Shown here piece after piece: positions 21,642 to 29,030 of a DNA stretch of 64,000 nt. Numbering within the stretch: position 1 is the stretch's first letter; every line of letters begins with the position of its first letter. The notes below the pieces were generated by a model. It saw only the letters and a program-made list of their open reading frames with translations. It did not search any database and had not been told where the DNA came from. The translations under genes and the position numbers were made by a program. This DNA comes from Candidatus Parcubacteria bacterium (GTDB lineage: Bacteria; Patescibacteriota; Patescibacteriia; Patescibacteriales; UBA12075), in contig CAWFCE010000001.1 of NCBI GenBank assembly GCA_963814275.1, positions 387,307 to 451,306 on the forward strand, read 5' to 3'.

Positions 21642-22514
21642 ATGGCAAACACAGGTTTGGGCAGGGGGCTGGGTTCCCTGATCCCCAATAAGAATAATCC
21701 GCCGGCGGCCAGCGCTGGCAAGCCGGCGGCCAGCACAGCCGAAGATACCGGCAAGGGGGTCATGCAACTGGCCATAGACAAGATAGCCGCCAACCCCCGC
21801 CAACCGCGCACAGATTTCAACGAATTGGCTTTGAACGAATTGGCCGCTTCGATCAAGGATTATGGCGTCATCCAGCCGCTGATAGTCAATCCGAAAGGCA
21901 GTGGGTATGAACTGATCGCCGGCGAAAGGCGCTTGCGGGCGAGCAAGATCGCCGGGCTCAAGACCGTACCGGCGATCGTCAGGAAGACCGACGAACAGGA
22001 AAAGCTGGAACTGGCCCTGATCGAGAATATCCAGCGGGAAGACCTGGACGTGATCGAGCTGGCGCATGCCTACCGGAAGCTGATCGATGAGTTCGGCCTG
22101 GGCCAGGAAGACGTGGCCAAACGCGTGGGCAAGAGCCGTCCCTCAGTAACCAATATTTTACGTATGCTCAGTCTGCCCGAAGAGGTCCAGCTGGCCCTGA
22201 AAGAAGGGAAGATCACGGAAGGCCATGCCAAATACCTGGCAGGGATCGAGGGCGAAGAACGCCAGATGAACCTGTTCCGCAAGATCGTCCATAACCAGTT
22301 GACCGTAGTGGATACCGGCCGCGAATCGCGGCGCATGGGCGGCACCAAGAATGCCCGGATCAAGATCAATTACCAGGATAAGGACAAGGAATTCGCCCTG
22401 CGGGAATTCTTCGGCACCCGGGTGGAGGTCAAACGCAAAGGCAAGGGCGGCCAGATCATCATCGAATTCTTCAGCGAGGACGAACTTCTGGGGATTGTGG
22501 GGAAAGTGAAGTGA
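21642..22514 (+). CDS. parB: Chromosome partitioning protein ParB/Spo0J
   Basis: Contains GLGRGLGSLIP, NPRQPR, LIAGERRLRAS and an HTH region. Confidence 0.95.
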   Translation: MANTGLGRGLGSLIPNKNNPPAASAGKPAASTAEDTGKGVMQLAIDKIAANPRQPRTDFNELALNELAASIKDYGVIQPLIVNPKGSGYELIAGERRLRASKIAGLKTVPAIVRKTDEQEKLELALIENIQREDLDVIELAHAYRKLIDEFGLGQEDVAKRVGKSRPSVTNILRMLSLPEEVQLALKEGKITEGHAKYLAGIEGEERQMNLFRKIVHNQLTVVDTGRESRRMGGTKNARIKINYQDKDKEFALREFFGTRVEVKRKGKGGQIIIEFFSEDELLGIVGKVK

Positions 22515-22572
22515 GGTCGGGGAGTGGGGATCGTGAATCGGGGAGCAGGGAGCGTGAATTTGGGTTCGGAGA
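22515..22572 (+). repeat. G/A-rich post-stop word motif
   Basis: GGTCGGGGAGTGGGGATCGTGAATCGGGGAGCAGGGAGCGTGAAT sits directly after the parB stop. Confidence 0.6.
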
Positions 22573-22753
22573 TTATTGGTTGTTTTGATTTTTATATCAC
22601 AATATATAATTCTAATTACCCCGCCAACATCGGTGGGGTATTAATATATATATAACGATTTACGATTTGTATACTCAGAAATTACTGTTTGACACATATC
22701 ATTTTATATGATATAATAATTTTTTAAATTAAAAAGCTGGAATATACACAAAG

Positions 22754-23023
22754 ATGTCCCAAGAAAAAATCGTCCACTATTTTAAAAAAGTCATGTTATT
22801 TTGGATCGGCGCCTGTTTGGTGGTGATCGGCTTAGTGGGAATTATCGTGCCGATCCTGCCGGGTATCATTCCGATCATATTCGGCGCCGGGCTGATCGCC
22901 CGCAGCCAGGAGAGCTTCGAGGAATATCTGATCAAACGGAAATTCCAAGCGATCAAGTCGCGCCTTTCCTTTGACCGCCCGCGCGTAAACCGTGCGGTAT
23001 ATGCGGGAATCAAAGAAAAATAA
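22754..23023 (+). CDS. Hypothetical small membrane protein
   Basis: 89 aa with two hydrophobic helices. Preceded by TTGACA-17-TATAAT at about 22699-22727. Confidence 0.45.
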   Translation: MSQEKIVHYFKKVMLFWIGACLVVIGLVGIIVPILPGIIPIIFGAGLIARSQESFEEYLIKRKFQAIKSRLSFDRPRVNRAVYAGIKEK

Positions 23024-23128
23024 TAATAATTTTTTTTATACATAAAAAACAGCCCCGCTATCGCGGAGCCGTTTTATTTTGTAGACTATTGCATTGAGGA
23101 TTGGAACTCTTTTGCTGAGGAAATCCAT

Positions 23129-23170
23129 AAAATAAAAAACCTATTGTCGACATAAATCAACAATAGGTTT
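23129..23170 (-). terminator. Intrinsic terminator downstream of the HIT gene
   Basis: Minus strand: AACCTATTG-N14-CAATAGGTT, followed by TTTTTTATTTT. Confidence 0.65.
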
Positions 23171-23195
23171 GACTGGGAATAACTCCGAAATAAAA

Positions 23196-23595
23196 TTAAG
23201 AAAATTCTTTTTTAAGTTCTGATAAGAAATCTTCACTAATTTCCGGTCGCTTCCCACCTTTCTTTAGAGGTGTTAAGGGACTACTGGAAAAAACAAGATG
23301 GACATGAACATGCTTGGTGTGCGGTCCGGGATGAAGAACGCAACTCTGCTACGGCTGGGCCATAGCCCTTTTCAAGGTAGAACTCCTGAACTTTTCTTAC
23401 AGCTATCATAAAAATACAATATTCCATTTCGCTCATCTCAGAAATGGATTCGTAATGATTTTTGGGTGCCACCAAAATATGAAGTGGCTTTTTGCAATTT
23501 TCATCAAGATCTGGAAACAGACTTGTATAAACATTATTTTTATACATTGAACCCAAAAAACATTTCCCTGCCTCACATAAAAAACACTCCATCAC
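23196..23595 (-). pseudogene. HIT-family hydrolase with an apparent frameshift
   Basis: Frame A (23281-23595) carries CFLCE and HILVAPKNH but ends before the histidine triad. The triad HVHVHLV and the remaining 50 codons are in another frame (23196-23348). The terminator follows the second frame. Confidence 0.55.
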
Positions 23596-23721
23596 AAATC
23601 CTCCTTTTGTTTTTTTATCTGCTTATTATAAATTTAAAAGATTTTTTATACTAACATTTTTTTCTTACAATGTCAACCATAAAAACAAAAAATCACCTAA
23701 AATTAGGTGATTTTTATGCCG

Positions 23722-23793
23722 TAGCCCATAGGGGAATCGAACCCCTGTTTCATGGATGAGAACCATGCGTCCTAACCATTAGACGAATGGGCC
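23722..23793 (-). tRNA. tRNA-Glu(CUC), intact
   Basis: The reverse complement is GGCCCAT-TC-GTCT-AATGGTTA-GGAC-G-CATGG-TTCTCAT-CCATG-AAAC-AGGGG-TTCGATT-CCCCT-ATGGGCT-A. Its layout parallels E. coli tRNA-Glu as I recall it. It has a G1-U72 wobble pair. Confidence 0.85.
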
Positions 23794-24147
23794 ATATTGA
23801 TTAAATTTATCAAATAAGAAATTTATATTTCATAAAATATGATTTTGCGAATAATTTTATTTGACGAAGGGAATCGCCATGTCATCCGACATGGCGCCCC
23901 GTCGGATGACGGGGCGAACCCCTGTTTCATGGATGAGAACCATGCGTCCTAACCATTAGACGAATGGGCCATATTGATTAAATTTATCAAATAAGAAATT
24001 TATATTTCATAAAATATGATTTTGCGAATAATTTTATTTGACGAAGGGAATCGCCATGTCATCCGACATGGCGCCCCGTCGGATGACGGGGCGAACCCCT
24101 GTTTCATGGATGAGAACCATGCGTCCTAACCATTAGACGAATGGGCC
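23794..24147 (-). repeat. Two head-to-tail 177-bp units (tRNA-Glu nt 1-56 + 40-nt double hairpin + ATTCCC + 75-nt AT-rich tail)
   Basis: 23794-23970 and 23971-24147 look identical by eye. The hairpin inserts are at 23875-23914 and 24052-24091. Confidence 0.9.
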
Positions 24148-24464
24148 AGTAAAATGACGAATGACGAATTACGAATGACGAATTATTTTATGATAATTGT
24201 GAAAAAATTATATCAATATGAATTAATCTAGATTATAATATAGATTAAAATATTTCAATATTCCAGTTATCTGTTGTCTGCTATCTGTTATCTTTCGTCA
24301 TTTAATATCAGTAGTTATTGTAAAATATAATAATAACTTAGTCAATCGCACTGTTTTTCCACAAAATTATAAACAGAACTGTACACATTTTTTGTGCATT
24401 AACCCACATTATAGGCACTTAGGAGGGGTATTGACAAAATCTGCAATTGTTCTATAGTTTAGTG

Positions 24465-24593
24465 AGACTGTGAATAACCCGGGAAAAATGGCCCTAGAGC
24501 CGAATTTCCCCGCCCCTTTACCGGGGCTATATTCATGGGTCTAAGCATGGGGATTAAAGCGCCCGCATTTCACCCGAAATGCGGGTGCTTTGT
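24465..24593 (+). ncRNA. Candidate small RNA of unknown family
   Basis: Promoter: TTGACA (24431-24436), 16-nt spacer, TATAGT (24453-24458). Internal stems TGAATA/TATTCA and CCCCG/CGGGG. A 13-bp GC-rich terminator stem (24559-24571 / 24576-24588) is followed by TTTGT. There is no + strand ORF downstream. Confidence 0.3.
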
Positions 24594-24717
24594 ATATAAG
24601 ATAATTTGAGAAGAAGCATTTTCACTGTTTGCGTAAGGCAGAAATAATCTAAATAATATCACACTTTCCGCTGATTTTACGCTGATTAAAACGCGGATTT
24701 AACGCAAAAGACACCTT

Positions 24718-25668
24718 TTATTTCAAAACTTGTCCGATCATTTTACTATAGCCATGGATAAATTCTTCTCCGGTGATCTCATTTTTTCCCTCAAGCTGCA
24801 GTTTCTTTATAAGCAAAGCGCCTTTGCCGCATTGAATTGCCAGTTTTCCGTTATAAATAAATAATTCGCCTAGACTGTATTTATCTATATCCAATACATT
24901 GTTATCTGTGCTAATTATTTTTACCATTCGTAATTCATCATTTGACATTTGACATTTGCCCCAGGCTCCCGGCCAGGGACTCATAGCCCGAACATGCCTT
25001 TCGATCTCTTCCGCGGCTTTAGCCCAATCGATATGGCCGGCGGATTTCCTGAGCTGTTTCGTGAGACTGGCTTTGCCCCCGTCCTGCGGAATTGGTTCGA
25101 TCTCACCGTTAATATATTTCCGGGCCGTCGGCAAGAGCAGTGCGGCACCCAGCTGCGCCAATTTATTGAACAGCGCTCCGGCCGTATCATTCGCAGCGAT
25201 TGCAATGCTTTGCATGGCTAGCGTGGGGCCGGTATCTAACCCCTCGTCCATTTTCATAATCGTCACGCCGGTTTCCTTGTCCCCGTTCAGTATCGCCTGC
25301 TGGATCGGGGAAGCGCCGCGATAGCGGGGGAGCAGGGAAGCGTGGACATTGAGGCAGCCGTATTTCGGGTATTCCAATACGGCTTTGGGCAATATCTGGG
25401 CGTAAGCGGCCACTATGATCAGGTCGATATTATTTGCCGGAAATTCAAAATCTTTTATCCTCTCCGGCTGGTGGACGGGGATATTATGTTTTTCCGCCGC
25501 TATTTTTATCGGCGGCGCGCTCAGGATCTGTTTGCGGCCGACCGGCTTGTCGGGCTGGGTAATAACGCCGGCAAGGTCGATATCGCCAGCTTTGGCCAGA
25601 GCCTCCAGGCTGGGAATCCCGAAATCGGGAGTGCCGATGAAGATAGTGGTAATTCTCCGGTTAGACAT
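24718..25668 (-). CDS. fmt: Methionyl-tRNA formyltransferase
   Basis: 316 aa. Contains FIGTPDFGIPSLEAL, QPDKPVGRKQ and LNVHASLLPRYRGASPIQ. Confidence 0.95.
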   Translation of the reverse strand: MSNRRITTIFIGTPDFGIPSLEALAKAGDIDLAGVITQPDKPVGRKQILSAPPIKIAAEKHNIPVHQPERIKDFEFPANNIDLIIVAAYAQILPKAVLEYPKYGCLNVHASLLPRYRGASPIQQAILNGDKETGVTIMKMDEGLDTGPTLAMQSIAIAANDTAGALFNKLAQLGAALLLPTARKYINGEIEPIPQDGGKASLTKQLRKSAGHIDWAKAAEEIERHVRAMSPWPGAWGKCQMSNDELRMVKIISTDNNVLDIDKYSLGELFIYNGKLAIQCGKGALLIKKLQLEGKNEITGEEFIHGYSKMIGQVLK

Positions 25669-25815
25669 TGAGTAGTCGATTATGTTAGAATTAATCTTGT
25701 ATGAATATTAAGATGTTTTAGAAATCAGCAACCGGAAATCGGCAATTTGGTTTTACCGGCATTAATGCCGTTTTGCGCCCAATTTCAAATTTCCAATTAC
25801 CAATTACATCAATTT

Positions 25816-26460
25816 ATGTCCACAATCACCGCCTTACTTTTGTCATTCAGTATGCATATGGGCTACCCCGGGATCGTGCTGCTTATGACCGTCGAGTCGT
25901 CTTTTATTCCGTTCCCGTCGGAAGTCGTTATCCCTCCCGCCGCCTATCTGGCGGCGCAGGGGCAGTTCAATATCTATCTGGTGATCGTTTCCGGCATCCT
26001 CGGCTCGCTTTTGGGCGCAATATTCAATTATTTTCTGGCCATTACCTTGGGACGGACAATTATCTATTCGCTGATAGATAAAAAAATAGCCAGATGGCTG
26101 CTTCTTGACCGCTGCAAACTTGAACGATCCGAGGAATATTTCCGCCGCTATGGCGCGTTGTCTACCTTTGTCGGCCGTCTTATACCGGCGGTGCGGCAGC
26201 TGATTTCGATCCCGGCCGGCTTCAGCCGCATGAAGTTCGGCCGCTTTTTGTTGTTCACCGCTCTCGGCAGCGGACTCTGGACGACGGTCCTCGCGGTGGT
26301 AGGCTATGTATTCGGCGCCAACCAGGAAGCTATTCTGCGCTATTACGATATATTCAAATACTTTATATACGGAGTTATCGGTATCGGATTTATCGCCTTG
26401 GTAATTTATTGGATAATGAAAAAAGCCCGTAAAGGACAGCCGGAAGAACGGGAGCGGTAA
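25816..26460 (+). CDS. DedA/VTT-family membrane protein
   Basis: ORF 25747-26460 trimmed to the ATG at 25816. Contains ESSFIPFPSEVVIPPAAYLA and RLIPAVRQLISIPAG. Confidence 0.85.
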   Translation: MSTITALLLSFSMHMGYPGIVLLMTVESSFIPFPSEVVIPPAAYLAAQGQFNIYLVIVSGILGSLLGAIFNYFLAITLGRTIIYSLIDKKIARWLLLDRCKLERSEEYFRRYGALSTFVGRLIPAVRQLISIPAGFSRMKFGRFLLFTALGSGLWTTVLAVVGYVFGANQEAILRYYDIFKYFIYGVIGIGFIALVIYWIMKKARKGQPEERER

Positions 26461-26563
26461 CTTGAGATTGGATATTTGGATATATTTTTGTTATCTATCC
26501 CAATTTCAAGTTTCAGTTTCGAATGACAATATCTATTTATTTCCTGTCTGCCAATCGCTCTGA

Positions 26564-27055
26564 CTAGTCCTTTTGCCCGCCGTCAATATCCATCTTCACT
26601 ATATTCTTCGCCTTATCGATAAACAAAATCCCGTCGAGATGATCGATCTCATGTTGGAGAATGCGCGCCATCAGCCCCTTGGCTTCGATGGTTTTTTCAT
26701 TTCCCTCTGAATCGGTAAAACGGCAAGTTGCCTGGCGGTGGCGCTTAACGTCGCCGAAAGTACGGGGGACGGATAGGCAGCCTTCCTGGCCCCATTCTTT
26801 GGAGAGGGATTTTTTGGTAAAAACGGGATTAATGAGGCAAACCGTACCGTCCTTGGTGGCAACCGTGATTACCCGGATGTTCTTACCGACTTGGGGCGCG
26901 GCCAGCCCGACTCCGTCCTTTTTCTCCATAGTGATCGCCATATCAGCGCAAAACGATGTAAGATCCGCGTTTCTTATTTTGTCATCCGGAACTTCCCCTG
27001 AGCGCTTGCGCAATATGGGATTAGGGTTGGTAATTATATCCAAGATGTTGGCCAT
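26564..27055 (-). CDS. def: Peptide deformylase
   Basis: ORF 26564-27292 trimmed to the ATG at 27055 (163 aa). Motifs GVGLAAPQVG, EGCLSVP and QHEIDHLDG. Confidence 0.95.
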   Translation of the reverse strand: MANILDIITNPNPILRKRSGEVPDDKIRNADLTSFCADMAITMEKKDGVGLAAPQVGKNIRVITVATKDGTVCLINPVFTKKSLSKEWGQEGCLSVPRTFGDVKRHRQATCRFTDSEGNEKTIEAKGLMARILQHEIDHLDGILFIDKAKNIVKMDIDGGQKD

Positions 27056-27265
27056 ATTGACAAATTGTTCATAATTAATTACTTTATAACGATAACAGAA
27101 TAGAAGACAAAAATCAAGGAAGATAGAAAGGAGAAGTTCGTGTTGGAATCGAATAAGATCGTATTGGACGAAGTGTGCAGCGTTCCCAAAAAAGCAGGCA
27201 GTATGCCCTGCTTTTTTTCTGTAGTTTTTTTTGCTATAATGGGAGAAATAGTTATATTTATAATT

Positions 27266-28306
27266 ATGGAAAATAGTCCGGCGGTGGCACAATCAAATAG
27301 CGATAAAGTCATTAAGCTTTGGCAGCGGCTTAAGGCTCAGGGGACCGATAACGGCACTTTATGCGAAATCATCAAATCCATTCCCCAAATCCGCATCGAG
27401 GCCTGGGCCTTGCTCAAAGAACAGTCGGCCACCAACAACGACTTGCGTTTTATAATCGAGCACGTACCGGAAATGAGGGCTGATGCCTGGGCGTTGCTCA
27501 AAAGCCGGCGGCCGAGCGCTATGGAGCTCAAGAATATAGTGGAATATGTACCGGAATACAGGGCCGAAGCTTGGAAATTGTTTTTAAAAAGCGACCCCGG
27601 CCGCTTGGAGCTGCGCGAAATAGTACGATATGTCGCACCGCTTAGGCGCGAAGCCTGGAAGAAGTTGCAAAAGTTAAAACCGATGGTACAGGATTTTTTC
27701 TATGTTGCCCGGTTTGTCGAGGAATTGCGGGAGGATGCCTGGAAAAAACTCCTCAAATCCAAACCTGAAGTAAATGACCTTCTAAGCGTAATGAAATATA
27801 TCCCGTCACTTAAGGACAAGAGCTGGGAACAATTCAAGCGGATCAGGCTGAGTAATGATATGCTCCGGCGCGTAATTATCGAGGTGCCGGAGCTCCGGCG
27901 CGAGGCGTGGGAAGAGCTTAAGCGCCAAGGCGCGTCGAACAATGACCTTTGTCTTGTTATGCGCGACATAGAGGACCTGCGCCATGAAGCCTGGGCGGAA
28001 TTCTTCAAGCGACAGCCGACGAACGAGGACCTGCGCTTCGTGATGAAGACAATTCCGTCATTGCGGGGGGAGGCCTGGCTTAAGCTTAACGACCAGGGTG
28101 CGACGAATGACGACCTTTGCTTTATTATCAAGGATGTGCCGCGGCTTCGCGTCGAAGCCTGGGATAAGCTCAAAAACCAGAATCCGAATATGAGCGAACT
28201 ACAGTTTGTGATCAAATATGTCGATGAATTGGCGCCGGAAGCCCGCGATATAATGAATACCCGGAATCAGGTGACCTTGAACGAGCTTAAGAAATACAGC
28301 ACTTGA
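27266..28306 (+). CDS. Hypothetical protein made of 11 tandem 28-aa helical repeats
   Basis: ORF 27140-28306 trimmed to the ATG at 27266. Repeat consensus xxDLxxVhxxVPxLRxEAWxxLxxxxPxx. Confidence 0.6.
   Translation: MENSPAVAQSNSDKVIKLWQRLKAQGTDNGTLCEIIKSIPQIRIEAWALLKEQSATNNDLRFIIEHVPEMRADAWALLKSRRPSAMELKNIVEYVPEYRAEAWKLFLKSDPGRLELREIVRYVAPLRREAWKKLQKLKPMVQDFFYVARFVEELREDAWKKLLKSKPEVNDLLSVMKYIPSLKDKSWEQFKRIRLSNDMLRRVIIEVPELRREAWEELKRQGASNNDLCLVMRDIEDLRHEAWAEFFKRQPTNEDLRFVMKTIPSLRGEAWLKLNDQGATNDDLCFIIKDVPRLRVEAWDKLKNQNPNMSELQFVIKYVDELAPEARDIMNTRNQVTLNELKKYST
27353..28276 (+). repeat. 11 x 84-nt in-frame coding repeat (28-aa units, no indels)
   Basis: By hand alignment, each unit has EAW or an equivalent at the same offset. 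924 nt = 11 x 84. Confidence 0.8.
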
Positions 28307-28671
28307 TCTGGAAATTTGGCGCTGGAGAATGGGAATTTGAAATTGGAAATACGGTTCTTCGAAAAAATTTGCCGGTTAATTCCATTATTTTTTGCGCCTG
28401 ATTCGATATTCAGGTTTTGAACAGATAAGCCTATCCGGTTAATAGTTTATCATGGAGCGGGGGCTGGAAATAAGGGATACCAGGCAAATATACTTCACCA
28501 ATACTCCAGCAGTCAGACATCCCTTTCCTGTTACCCCTGATCGCCTGATAGTTTTCAGATTAAAATTTGAAGAATTAATAAAAAGACGAAATTTAAATTT
28601 CGCTTAAAGTAATTATACAAAATAATCAGACTCTAATTTCCAATCTCGAATTTCAAATTTCATCATATTCT

Positions 28672-28938
28672 ATGTCCGAAAATAAAATCCAATCCCTATC
28701 CGACATATTCAAGAATAAAAAAAGCGTTAAGCCGCCGGCCCATGAGTGGCAGGATCTGGCTTTGCGCGTGATCAAAGAGTTGTCCATCCCGGACAATAAA
28801 CGCAGCGCCGTGTTCAAGACTTGCAAACAGTTCCCCAAAACCGCCATTCTAATCGCCCTAAACGACACCAAAGAGCTCTGTACGACTGGCGACAAATGGA
28901 AATATTTTTTTAAGATATTATCCTCAAAAAAAGAATAA
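28672..28938 (+). CDS. Hypothetical protein (88 aa)
   Basis: ORF only, with a GC hairpin at 28968-28993 downstream. I recognise no family. Confidence 0.4.
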   Translation: MSENKIQSLSDIFKNKKSVKPPAHEWQDLALRVIKELSIPDNKRSAVFKTCKQFPKTAILIALNDTKELCTTGDKWKYFFKILSSKKE

Positions 28939-29030
28939 ATTAAGATAGGTATTTTATAATATCAAAAAAGTGCCCCGGTTTTGCCGGGGCTCTTGTTGTG
29001 TATAAGTTAAAAAAGTTTTATTTATCCGAT

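Noticed and set aside
23794-24147. CRISPR array. The same question applies to 19828-20433 and to the octamer array at 42408-42495.
   Set aside because: The units are 177 bp, 303 bp and 8 bp, directly abutting with no unique spacers. The sequences are tRNA-derived or a microsatellite. No cas genes are in the window.
24465-24593. Identification of the two candidate RNAs (this one and 63658-63893) as SRP/4.5S RNA, 6S RNA, tmRNA or RNase P RNA.
   Set aside because: The conserved cores I can recall are absent:
- SRP: GGUCCGGAAGGAAGCAGCC
- RNase P: GGAAAGUCCGGGC
- tmRNA: tRNA-like ends and a tag ORF
- 6S: a long bubble-containing duplex

Both are left as unknown pending a covariance-model search.
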